NCBI GenBank assembly: GCA_963763775.1
Contig: CAVXPZ010000002.1
Coordinates: forward strand, 32,001-96,000
Length of the DNA stretch: 64,000 bases
Direction of reading: 5' to 3'
Source of the DNA: an uncultured Chloroflexia bacterium
Lineage (GTDB): Bacteria > Chloroflexota > Limnocylindria > Limnocylindrales > CSP1-4
In this document: piece after piece, positions 55,341 through 64,000 of the stretch
Numbering within the stretch: position 1 is the stretch's first letter
Layout: the number at the start of each line of letters is the position of its first letter
Position numbers and translations under genes: made by a program
Notes under the pieces: model-generated
What the model saw: only the letters and a program-made list of their open reading frames with translations
What the model was told of the DNA's origin: nothing
Database searches by the model: none

Positions 55341-56186
55341 TCACGCGTCCCGCGCGCAGGGGTACGAGCCGAGGACCCGCCACATCGTCGTGACGGCCCC
55401 GAGGTCCTCGAGCGCCGCCGCTGTCTCCGGCCGCGCGACGTCCGCATCGAGGTCCACCCAGAACACGTACTCCCAGGCTCGCTCGCGGCTGGGCCGCGAC
55501 TCGAGCTTGTGCATGTTCAGCTCGTGGGCGGCGAAGACTCGCAGGACCGCGAGGAGCGTTCCCGGCTCGTTGCGGACCGCGACCACGAGGGTCGTCCGGT
55601 GCGCCGGTCCGGCGCCGATGACGGACGGTGGCGGTTCCCCGGCTCGGGCGAGGACCACGAAGCGGGTCCGGTTGCCCGGCAGGTCGCCGATCCCGTCGGC
55701 GAGCACCTCGAGACCGAAGAGGCCGGCCGCGCGGGGCGAGAGCACCGCCGCCGCGCCGCGCTCACCGCGATCCGCGATGGACTTGCCCGCACCGGCGGTG
55801 TTGTAGGTCGACAGCAGTTGCCACGGTCGCGACCGCAGGAACGTCTCGGCCTGGCCAAGGGCCTGGATGTGCGAGTAGACCCGCTCGACATCCTCGATGC
55901 GCTGGCCTGGCAGCGCCGCCAGGCACAGGCTCACCGGGACCACGACCTCGCCGACGATGATCAGCTCGTACTCGATCAACAGGTCGTAGTTCTCGCGGAC
56001 CGTCCCGTTGATGACGTTCTCGATCGGCACGACACCCGTCGCGGCCTCGCCGCTCGCCACGGCGTCGAACACGGCCCTGAAGCTGCCCAGCGGCGTCCGC
56101 GGCACGTCCCCGAAGGCCGCCAGCACGGCATCCTCGGCAAAGGCGCCGGGTTCCCCGGCGTAGGCCACGATCGTCGGTTCGCGCAT
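55341..56186 (-). CDS. pheA: Prephenate dehydratase
   Basis: AYAGEPGAF, VPIENVING, SHIQALGQ, NRTRF, ACT domain with LESRPS. Confidence 0.92.
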   Translation of the reverse strand: MREPTIVAYAGEPGAFAEDAVLAAFGDVPRTPLGSFRAVFDAVASGEAATGVVPIENVINGTVRENYDLLIEYELIIVGEVVVPVSLCLAALPGQRIEDVERVYSHIQALGQAETFLRSRPWQLLSTYNTAGAGKSIADRGERGAAAVLSPRAAGLFGLEVLADGIGDLPGNRTRFVVLARAGEPPPSVIGAGPAHRTTLVVAVRNEPGTLLAVLRVFAAHELNMHKLESRPSRERAWEYVFWVDLDADVARPETAAALEDLGAVTTMWRVLGSYPCARDA

Positions 56187-56236
56187 CGTGCCGATGAGTC
56201 TATCCGGGCGGGACCGCGGGTCGGCCCCGAGGACCG

Positions 56237-56782
56237 CTAGCGCTCGAACCAGGCCGTGGTGTCGTGCTGGCCTTCGTCCTCGTCGATGGCGGCGCGCCGT
56301 TCCCGCGCGACGCCGGCCGGGACCGGTGACCCCGGCCGCGCCTCCGAGCCCGTGGCGGCCGCGGCTTCCGGGGCGCCGGCCCACTGCGTCTCGGCGAGCA
56401 TCGCGTTGAGGGCGTTGAGGTAGGCCTCGACGGACGCGGCGATGATGTTGTCGCTCCTGGCCTCGCCCGTGTACTCGCCCGCGCCGCGGGCCCCGCCGAC
56501 GTCCGGCGGTGCGACACGGACGGTCACGGCGCCTTCCGTGTCGGTCCCCTCGCCGAGCGCATGGATGTCGTAGGCGAGCAATCGCGGGTGGCCGGCCAGG
56601 ATCTCCGACAGCGCCCGGTCGACCGCGAGGTAGAGCGCGTCGATGGCCCCGGTCCCGTCGGCCGAGGCCCGCCACTGGTGGTCGCCGGCCTCGATGACCA
56701 CGGCGCCGCGGCTGCGGGCGTTGCTGCCGGACGTGACCGTCCAGCGAGTCAGACGGATCGTGGGGGACGAGTCGTCGGGCAT
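56237..56782 (-). CDS. Stand-alone LeuA/CimA allosteric (regulatory) domain protein
   Basis: GTGAIDALY, LLAYDIHAL, SDNIIAASVEAYLNALN; collinear with the C-terminal domain of LeuA in the same operon; own ATG after GGAGG. Confidence 0.8.
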   Translation of the reverse strand: MPDDSSPTIRLTRWTVTSGSNARSRGAVVIEAGDHQWRASADGTGAIDALYLAVDRALSEILAGHPRLLAYDIHALGEGTDTEGAVTVRVAPPDVGGARGAGEYTGEARSDNIIAASVEAYLNALNAMLAETQWAGAPEAAAATGSEARPGSPVPAGVARERRAAIDEDEGQHDTTAWFER

Positions 56783-56787
56783 CCGGG

Positions 56788-58476
56788 CTACCTCCGAGGC
56801 GTCGCGGTCGGGTGGACGGCCGCGGACCGCGGTTCCGACGGCCGCGCGGTGGTGAAGTGGCGCTCGTCGCGCCGCCGAAGCTCGGCTCCGGACTTCCAGA
56901 TGGCGTACTCGATCGAGTCCGCGAGCGCCGCGGCCGAGGCCGCGATGATGTTCGTGTCGCTGCCCATCGTCGACCAGGTCCGGGCACCGTCCTGCGAGTC
57001 GATGATCACCCGGGTGCGGGCGGCCGTCGCGGCGCCGCCATCGATGATGCGGACCTTGTAGTCGACAAGGTGGACGTCGTCGAGGCCGGGGTAGAACGCC
57101 CCCAGCGCCTTGCGCAGGGCGGCGTCCAGGGCGTTGACCGGGCCGTTCCCGTCGGCGGCGGTGTGCAGGACCTCGCCGTCGACCTCGACCTTGACGGTCG
57201 CCTCCGCGAGGAGCTCGCGGCCATCCCGCTGCTCGACGAGACACGTGTAGTCGACGATCCGGAACGGCGCGGCGTAGTCGGTCGCGTGGCGGCGGATGAG
57301 CAGCTCGAACGAGGCCTCGGCGCCCTCGAAGGCGAGCCCTTCCGACTCGAGCTGCTTGATGAGCGTCGAGAGCTCGCGCGGGTCCACGACGCCCTCGAGC
57401 TCGTGGCCGAGCTGCTGCGCCCGGATCGAGGTGTTGGCCCGCCCGCCGAGCTCCGACACGACCAGGCGGCCGGCATTCCCGACCGAGCCCGGATCGACGT
57501 GCTGGTAGCTCCGCTCGACCTTCGCCACGGCCGCGCCGTGCACGCCGCCCTTGTGCGCGAAGGCGGACCGCCCGACGTACGGCTGGTAATCGGAAGGATT
57601 GACGTTCGCGATCTCCGCGACCGAGCGCGAGAGGTCCGTCAGACCGGCAAGGTCGCCACCGCCCGCCGGCACGAGACCGTGGCTCGTCTTGAGCGCGAGG
57701 TTCGCGAGGATGCTGACCATGTTCGCGTTCCCGCAGCGCTCACCGTAGCCGTTGATCGTGGCCTGGACGTGCCGGATCCCGGACGCCACGGCGGCCATCG
57801 AGTTCGCGACCGCCAGCTCCGCGTCGTTATGCGTGTGGATGCCCCAGGTCACGGTCGGGGCGTCCGGCTCCCCCTCCAGGGTGCCGCGGACGTCGCCGAT
57901 GATCGCCACGAGCTCGTCGGTCAACGTGCCGCCGTTCGTGTCGCACAGGACGAGCGTCCTGGCCCCGGCCTGGCGGGCCATCCGCAGGGTCGAGAGGGCG
58001 TACTCGCGGTCCGCCTTGTAGCCGTCGAAGAAGTGCTCGGCGTCGTAGACGGCCTCGCGCCCCCGGTCCACGACGAAGCCGACCGAGTCCGCGATCATGT
58101 CGAGGTTCTCCGTCGGCGTCGCGCCGAGGACCTCGATGACGTGCAGCAGCCACGACTTCCCGAAGATCGTGACGACCGGCGTCTCGGCCGCGACGAGCTC
58201 GCGCAGGTTCGGGTCGTCCGCCGGGGCGTTGGCGCGGTGCCGCGTGGACCCGAAGGCCGCGAGCTTGGCGCGCTCCCAGCGCATCGTCCGGGCCGCCGCG
58301 AAGAACTCGATGTCCTTGGGGTTCGAGCCGGGCCAGCCGCCCTCGATGAACGGCATCCCGAACTCGTCGAGCATGCGGGCCACGCGCAGCTTGTCGGCGA
58401 GCGAGAGCGTGATGTTCTCGCCCTGCGTGCCGTCGCGCAGCGTCGTGTCGTAGAGGATGACCGGCTGGTCGCTCAT
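56788..58476 (-). CDS. cimA: Citramalate synthase
   Basis: [62 protein letters not shown]. Confidence 0.93.
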   Translation of the reverse strand: MSDQPVILYDTTLRDGTQGENITLSLADKLRVARMLDEFGMPFIEGGWPGSNPKDIEFFAAARTMRWERAKLAAFGSTRHRANAPADDPNLRELVAAETPVVTIFGKSWLLHVIEVLGATPTENLDMIADSVGFVVDRGREAVYDAEHFFDGYKADREYALSTLRMARQAGARTLVLCDTNGGTLTDELVAIIGDVRGTLEGEPDAPTVTWGIHTHNDAELAVANSMAAVASGIRHVQATINGYGERCGNANMVSILANLALKTSHGLVPAGGGDLAGLTDLSRSVAEIANVNPSDYQPYVGRSAFAHKGGVHGAAVAKVERSYQHVDPGSVGNAGRLVVSELGGRANTSIRAQQLGHELEGVVDPRELSTLIKQLESEGLAFEGAEASFELLIRRHATDYAAPFRIVDYTCLVEQRDGRELLAEATVKVEVDGEVLHTAADGNGPVNALDAALRKALGAFYPGLDDVHLVDYKVRIIDGGAATAARTRVIIDSQDGARTWSTMGSDTNIIAASAAALADSIEYAIWKSGAELRRRDERHFTTARPSEPRSAAVHPTATPRR

Positions 58477-59603
58477 GCCGGCACCGCGGCGCCGAGGGCC
58501 TCGACGACCGCGGTCGCGAAGGCCGTCGTCCCGACGACGACGAACCCGTCCTGGAGGTTCGCCGGATCCGCCAGGTCGCCCGTCCGCCAGCCGGCATCGA
58601 GCGCGCCCGCCACGGCCGCTTCGACGGCCGACGCCGCGTCGTCGCGGCCGAGCGACATCCGCAGCAGCATCGCGGCCGACAGGATGGTGCCGATGGGATT
58701 GGCCTTGTCCTGCCCGGCGATATCCGGCGCGGATCCGTGGATCGGCTCGTAGAGGCCGAACGTGCCGTGGGCCGTCCGACGCGTGCCGAGCGACGCGGAC
58801 GGGAGCATCCCGAGGCTGCCGGCGAGGACCGCCGCCTCGTCGGAGAGGATGTCCCCGAACAGGTTCTCGGTCACGATCACGTCGAAGTCCGAGGGATGCC
58901 GCACGAGCAGCATCGCGCACGAATCCACGAGCTGGTGGTTGAGCGTGACGGCCGGGAAGTCGGCCGCGACCTCGTCGGCGATGGTCCGCCACAGCCGTGA
59001 GGTCGCCAGGACGTTCGCCTTGTCCACCGACGTGACGCGCCCTCGACGGGCGGACGCCAGCTCGAAGGCGAGCTTGACGATCCGGCGCACCTCGGCCTCG
59101 GCGTACGGCAGGGTGTCGAGCGCCGAACGCTCCCCCACCGGGCCGGACGCCTCGCGCCGTTCGCCGAAGTAGATCCCGCCGGTCAGCTCGCGGACGATGA
59201 GCAGGTCGACGCCGTCGAGCAGCTCGGGCCGGAGGGGCGACGAGGCCACCAGCGCCGGGTGGACGCTGACCGGTCGCAGGTTGGCGTACAGGCCGAGCCC
59301 GCCGCGGAGCGCGAACAGCGCCTGCTCGGGGCGGACGGCCGCACCCGGGTCGGACCACTTCGGGCCGCCGACGGCGCCCAGGAGGATCGCGTCGGCCTCG
59401 CCGCACGCGGTCACGTCCTCGGGGCGGATCGCGACGCCGTACGCGTCGATCGCGATGCCCCCGACGAGGTACTCCGGCCAGGAGACGTGGAACCCGAAGG
59501 CCGCGCCCGCCGCGTCGACGACCCGCCGCGCGGCATCCACCACCTCGGGGCCGACACCGTCGCCCGGGATGACGGCGACGCGGTAGGTCCGGCTCGCGGT
59601 CAC
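58473..59603 (-). CDS. leuB: 3-isopropylmalate dehydrogenase
   Basis: PGDGVGPE, ANLRP, RELTGGIYFG, VDKANVL, NLFGDILSD, EPIHGSAPDIAG. Confidence 0.96.
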   Translation of the reverse strand: MTASRTYRVAVIPGDGVGPEVVDAARRVVDAAGAAFGFHVSWPEYLVGGIAIDAYGVAIRPEDVTACGEADAILLGAVGGPKWSDPGAAVRPEQALFALRGGLGLYANLRPVSVHPALVASSPLRPELLDGVDLLIVRELTGGIYFGERREASGPVGERSALDTLPYAEAEVRRIVKLAFELASARRGRVTSVDKANVLATSRLWRTIADEVAADFPAVTLNHQLVDSCAMLLVRHPSDFDVIVTENLFGDILSDEAAVLAGSLGMLPSASLGTRRTAHGTFGLYEPIHGSAPDIAGQDKANPIGTILSAAMLLRMSLGRDDAASAVEAAVAGALDAGWRTGDLADPANLQDGFVVVGTTAFATAVVEALGAAVPA

Positions 59604-61240
59604 GGCAGCCCCTCTTCGCTGCGCGGGGCCACGAACGCGACCTTGACGCCGTTGATCTCGGCGCCGTGGAGCTTGTTGACCGCCACGAGATAGGCGTCGA
59701 GCGACGCCTCGATGATGTTCGTGGATAACCCGTGCCCGGACACGACGAGCGCGCCCGGACCCTCGTCCGAGGACCGCCGGCAGCGCACGAGCACCTGGCC
59801 CTGGGCATCCTCGCCGGCCGACACGGCCTTGATCTCGTACTCGGCAAGCGTCGGGTGCCAGCCGAGGATCGGCTGGAGGGCCTCGTCGACCGCGCCGAAG
59901 AGCGCGTTGACCGGTCCGTTCCCGGTGGTCTCGGCCGTCCGCTCGGCGCCTTCGACGGTGAGGGTGACCGTGCCGGTGGCGTTCCCGCCATGCGACGATG
60001 TCACGCTCCAGCCCACGAGCGCGACACTCGCGGGGACTTCGGCCGCCCGCTGCTCCATGAGGGCCATGAGGTCGGCGTCGGTGACTTCCTTCTTCGCGTC
60101 GGCGAGGGCCACGGCCTGGCGATACATCTCGTCGAGGGCCTCGCCCTCGAGCTCGTAGCCGAGCTCCTTGAGCTTGCCCTGAAGGCCACGCCGCCCCGAC
60201 AGCTTGCCGATCGTCAGCTGGCTGCCCGAGAGCCCGACCGACTGCGGGGTCATGATCTCGTAGGTCAGCGGGTTCTTGATGACGCCGTCCTGGTGGATCC
60301 CCGACTCGTGCGCGAACGCGTTGCTGCCGACGATCGCCTTGTTCGGCTGGACCGTGAACCCGGTCAGGTAGCTCACGAGGCGACTCGCCGCGGTGATCTG
60401 CTCGGTCGCGATCCCGGAACCGCCTTGCTCGAACTGCGTCGGGCGGGTCCGGAGCGCCATGACCACTTCCTCGAGGGACGCGTTCCCGGCTCGCTCGCCG
60501 AGGCCGTTGATGGTCACCTCGACCTGGCGCGCACCCGCCTGGACCGCCGCGAGCGTGTTGGCCGTCGCGAGACCCAGGTCGTTGTGGCAATGCACGCTGA
60601 CGGTCGCCTGGTCGCCCACGAGGTCGACGACCCGCTTGGTGAGCGTCCCGAACTCGGCGGGGATGGCATACCCGACCGTGTCGGGGATGTTCACGGTGGA
60701 CGCCCCGGCCTCCACGACGGCCTCGTAGATCTGCAGCAGGTAGTCGATGTCGGTGCGCGAGGCGTCCTCGGCGCTGAACTCGATCTCGGCGTCGCGGCCC
60801 AACTGCTCGCGGCCGTAGCGCACCCAGCGGACGGCCTCGGCGAGGGCCGTCTCGCGGTCGATGCGGAGCTTGTGCTTGAGGTGGATGTCGGACGTCGCGA
60901 TGAAGACGTGGAGGTGCGGACGCTCCGCGACCTTGATGGCCTCGATCGCGCGCTGCGGGTCGCCGTCCTTGCAGCGGGCGAGTGCCGCGACGGCGATCCC
61001 GCCCCGTGTCTCCTGGGCGATCCGCCGGACCGCCTCGAAGTCGCCGGGCGAGGCGGCCGGGAACCCGGCCTCGATGACGTCGACCTTCAGCCGCACGAGC
61101 TGGCGGGCGACCTCGAGCTTCTCGGCCGCGGTCAGCCCGGCGCCGGGCGCCTGCTCCCCGTCGCGCAGGGTGGTATCGAAGATGCGGATGCTTCCCGCGG
61201 GCACGAACGGTCCCGCGGGCCGGGGTACGGCGGCGCTCAT
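59600..61240 (-). CDS. leuA: 2-isopropylmalate synthase
   Basis: [39 protein letters not shown]-terminal regulatory domain. Confidence 0.96.
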   Translation of the reverse strand: MSAAVPRPAGPFVPAGSIRIFDTTLRDGEQAPGAGLTAAEKLEVARQLVRLKVDVIEAGFPAASPGDFEAVRRIAQETRGGIAVAALARCKDGDPQRAIEAIKVAERPHLHVFIATSDIHLKHKLRIDRETALAEAVRWVRYGREQLGRDAEIEFSAEDASRTDIDYLLQIYEAVVEAGASTVNIPDTVGYAIPAEFGTLTKRVVDLVGDQATVSVHCHNDLGLATANTLAAVQAGARQVEVTINGLGERAGNASLEEVVMALRTRPTQFEQGGSGIATEQITAASRLVSYLTGFTVQPNKAIVGSNAFAHESGIHQDGVIKNPLTYEIMTPQSVGLSGSQLTIGKLSGRRGLQGKLKELGYELEGEALDEMYRQAVALADAKKEVTDADLMALMEQRAAEVPASVALVGWSVTSSHGGNATGTVTLTVEGAERTAETTGNGPVNALFGAVDEALQPILGWHPTLAEYEIKAVSAGEDAQGQVLVRCRRSSDEGPGALVVSGHGLSTNIIEASLDAYLVAVNKLHGAEINGVKVAFVAPRSEEGLP

Positions 61241-62289
61241 CGCGACGCGCCGGGCGTCGTGGCGGCGGCCTGGGCCTGACCGGCCTGGACCTCGACCGGA
61301 TCGAGGAACGGCATCTGGCCGCGGAGGCGTCCGCCGACGCGCTCGATGAGGTGGTCGTGGTCCGCCTGACGCAGCCGTTCGAATTCCGCGCGACCCGACT
61401 CGTTCTCGGCGATCCAGCGATCGGCGAACGTCCCGTCCTGGATCTCGCGGAGGACCTGCTGCATCGTCTCGCGGACGTGGCCGTCGATGATCCGGGGCCC
61501 GCTGACGTAGTCGCCGTACTCCGCGGTATCGCTGACGCTGAAGCGCATGAAGTTGAGCCCGCCGCGGTACATCAGATCGACGATGAGCTTGAGCTCGTGC
61601 ATCGTCTCGAAGTACGCGAGCTCCGGCTGGTAGCCGGCCTCGACGAGCGTCTCGAACGCCATCTTCACGAGGGCCGCCGTGCCGCCGCACAGGACCGCCT
61701 GCTCGCCGAACAGGTCGGTCTCGGTCTCCTCGGCGAACGTGGTCTCGAGGACGCCGGCGCGCGTGGACCCGATCGCCCGCGCATAGGCCAGGGTCCGTGC
61801 CCGGGCCGTGCCCGACGCGTCGTTCTGGACCGCGAACAGTGCCGGGACGCCGCCGCCGGCCCGGTACACGCTGCGGAGCAGGTGCCCAGGGCCCTTGGGG
61901 GCCACCATGCCGACGTCGACGATGGCCGGCGGATCGATGCGCCCGAACCGGATGTTGAACCCGTGGGCGAACATGAGGAGCTGTCCCGGTCGCAGGCTCG
62001 GCGCGATCTCCTCGTCGTAGACCGCCTTCTGGGCGGTGTCGGGGACGAGGATCATGATCACGTCCGCCGCCTTCACCGCGTCCGCGACGTCCATGACCTT
62101 CAGGCCGGCGTCGGCGGCCAGGGCCCGGCTCTTCGACCCGGATGCGAGCCCGACGACGACGTCGACACCGGACTCGTGCAGGTTCAGCGCGTGCGCGTGG
62201 CCCTGCGACCCATAGCCGATGATCGCGACCGTCTGGCCGGCGAGCGCCGACGGGTCCGCGTCATCGTCGTAGTACATCGTGGCGGTCAT
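61237..62289 (-). CDS. ilvC: Ketol-acid reductoisomerase
   Basis: [42 protein letters not shown]. Confidence 0.97.
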   Translation of the reverse strand: MTATMYYDDDADPSALAGQTVAIIGYGSQGHAHALNLHESGVDVVVGLASGSKSRALAADAGLKVMDVADAVKAADVIMILVPDTAQKAVYDEEIAPSLRPGQLLMFAHGFNIRFGRIDPPAIVDVGMVAPKGPGHLLRSVYRAGGGVPALFAVQNDASGTARARTLAYARAIGSTRAGVLETTFAEETETDLFGEQAVLCGGTAALVKMAFETLVEAGYQPELAYFETMHELKLIVDLMYRGGLNFMRFSVSDTAEYGDYVSGPRIIDGHVRETMQQVLREIQDGTFADRWIAENESGRAEFERLRQADHDHLIERVGGRLRGQMPFLDPVEVQAGQAQAAATTPGASR

Positions 62290-62900
62290 CGCTTGAGTGC
62301 CTCCTCGATCGATCCCGAACCCCGGGCCATGACGACCGCGCCGGTACGGACGGATTCCTTGATGCCATACGTGCGGACCAGCGAGATGAACGTGTCGATC
62401 TCACCCTCCGAGCCGGTGACCTCGACGACCACCGAGCCGTCGGCCACGTCGAGGACACGCCCGCGCGACAGTTCGACGAGCCGGAGCACCTCGGCCCGGT
62501 TCGACTCGGTCGCGCGGATCTTCACGAGCGCGAGCTCGTGCTCGACGGTGGGCTCCGAGGTGACGTCCTGCACCTTGAGGACGTCGATCAGCCGGTAGAG
62601 CTGCTTGGCGGCCTGCTCGACGGCCACGTCATCGCCATGGAGCGTGATCGTCATGCGGCTCACATCGGGCTGGTCGGTATGGCTGACGGCCAGCGAGTCG
62701 ATGTTGAAGTTGCGGGCGCGCATGAGGCTCGCGACGCGGTTGAGCACGCCGGGCTTGTTCAACACGATGGCGATCAGCACGTGCCGGCGGTGCTCGCCGC
62801 CGCCCGGCAGGGCCCGCGGCGGCGGTGCGGCGTGGGCTGGGCCAGCCGTGCCGGCCTCGGTGCCGGGCAGCTGCCCGTTCGAGTTCGCGTCGGCGGTCAT
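62286..62900 (-). CDS. ilvN: Acetolactate synthase small subunit
   Basis: [32 protein letters not shown]. Confidence 0.94.
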   Translation of the reverse strand: MTADANSNGQLPGTEAGTAGPAHAAPPPRALPGGGEHRRHVLIAIVLNKPGVLNRVASLMRARNFNIDSLAVSHTDQPDVSRMTITLHGDDVAVEQAAKQLYRLIDVLKVQDVTSEPTVEHELALVKIRATESNRAEVLRLVELSRGRVLDVADGSVVVEVTGSEGEIDTFISLVRTYGIKESVRTGAVVMARGSGSIEEALKR

Positions 62901-64000
62901 TCGTCCGGACCGTCCCACTTCTCGATCAGGTCGGACAGGCCCTTGCCGGCCGGCATCATCGGGAAGACGTTCTGCTCCTCGGCGATCTCGAACCAGATGA
63001 GCGCCGGACCGTCGACGGCCTGCGCCGCCGCGATCGCCGCGTCCACCTCGTCGGGCGTCCGCGCGCGGAACGCCGGGATCCCGTACGCGTCCGCGAGCTT
63101 CGCGAAGTCCGGGCCGGGCAGGTTCGATGAGTGGTAGTTGCCCGCGTAGATGATCTCCTGCCACTGGCGGATCATCCCGAGCTTCTTGTTGTCGAGCAGG
63201 GCGATCTTCACCGGGATGTGGTCCGCGACCAGGGTCATCAGCTCCTGCGAGGTCATCTGGAACCCGCCGTCGCCGGTGATCGCCCAGGTCTCGCGATCGG
63301 GGCGTCCGAGGGCCGCGCCCATCGCCGCCGGGACGCTGAAGCCCATGGTGCCGAGCCCGCCGGAGCTGACATGGCTGTTCGGGTGGCGGAAGCCGGTGTA
63401 CCGGGCGAGCCACATCTGGTTCTGGCCGACATCGGCGACGTAGGTCGCGTCGTGGTTCGTCAGCTCGCCGATGCGCTCCACCACGTAGTCGGCGGAGAGC
63501 AGGCCGTCGCGCCAGGCACCGGATCCGTGCCAGCTGGAGGCCACCGAATCGGTCTTCCACTCGGCCAGCTGCTCGAAGTAGCCGGCGCGCGTCGCCGGGT
63601 CGACGGCCGGGGACAGCCGGAGCAGCTCCGCGAGGACGCGCCTGGCATCGCCGACGATCGGCACCTCGACCGCGACGTTCTTCCCGATCTCGGCCGGGTC
63701 GATGTCCGCGTGGATGATCCGCGCGTAGGGTGCGTACGTCCGGACGTTGCCGGTCACCCGGTCGTCGAAGCGCATCCCGATCGCGATCAGCAGGTCGGCG
63801 GTCTGGATCGCGCGGTTCACGTGCTTCCAGCCGTGCATCCCCATGTAGCCGTAGGCCAGGGGGTGCGTCTCGTCGATCGCCCCGATCCCGAGCAGCGTCC
63901 ACGCGACGGGGATCTGGGCCTTCTCGGCGAACGCCTTGAGCTCGTCCCAGGCCTCGGCATGGAGGACGCCGTGACCGGCGAGGATCACCGGTCGCTGGGC
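62897..64000 (-). CDS. ilvB: Acetolactate synthase large subunit (5' part outside the window)
   Basis: GMHG, RFDDRVTG, DVGQNQMW, GGLGTMG, TPP motif GDGGFQM...NKKLGM. Confidence 0.95.
   Translation of the reverse strand, partial: AQRPVILAGHGVLHAEAWDELKAFAEKAQIPVAWTLLGIGAIDETHPLAYGYMGMHGWKHVNRAIQTADLLIAIGMRFDDRVTGNVRTYAPYARIIHADIDPAEIGKNVAVEVPIVGDARRVLAELLRLSPAVDPATRAGYFEQLAEWKTDSVASSWHGSGAWRDGLLSADYVVERIGELTNHDATYVADVGQNQMWLARYTGFRHPNSHVSSGGLGTMGFSVPAAMGAALGRPDRETWAITGDGGFQMTSQELMTLVADHIPVKIALLDNKKLGMIRQWQEIIYAGNYHSSNLPGPDFAKLADAYGIPAFRARTPDEVDAAIAAAQAVDGPALIWFEIAEEQNVFPMMPAGKGLSDLIEKWDGPDE

Overview
A very GC-rich (about 70% by eye), gene-dense bacterial window. Gene content and style suggest a Chloroflexota or Actinobacteria-like organism (inference only). 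About a dozen single-base frameshifts fall in otherwise intact genes and look like long-read assembly indels. Layout: (1) 1-3.9 kb, envelope/redox module (FMN-binding protein, HtrA-like protease, DUF5666-like protein, ferric-reductase-like oxidoreductase), with TCTCAG-N5-TCTCAG (MprA-type) boxes upstream of three genes. (2) 3.9-16 kb, acyl-CoA synthetase, phosphoribosyltransferase, BNR propeller plus MoaD, PucR regulator, and a six-gene operon ending in two D-aminopeptidase families and a degenerate lysine 5,6-aminomutase alpha-like protein. (3) 16-44 kb, a surface/biofilm island: Pro/Thr-rich proteins, CPBP protease, GT-C-like protein, GT2/GT4 enzymes, a Wzx-GT2 fusion, CDP/NDP-sugar enzymes, a secreted GH16 behind a GEMM-I riboswitch with A at the G20 position, a large PQQ-type dehydrogenase/LamG/PKD protein and a tasA-sipW operon. 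(4) 44-54.6 kb, acyl-CoA catabolism genes, ppk2, DUF853, mscL. (5) 54.6-64 kb, ilvB-ilvN-ilvC-leuA-leuB-cimA, a stand-alone LeuA regulatory-domain gene and pheA. No rRNA, tRNA, CRISPR array or mobile element was recognised.
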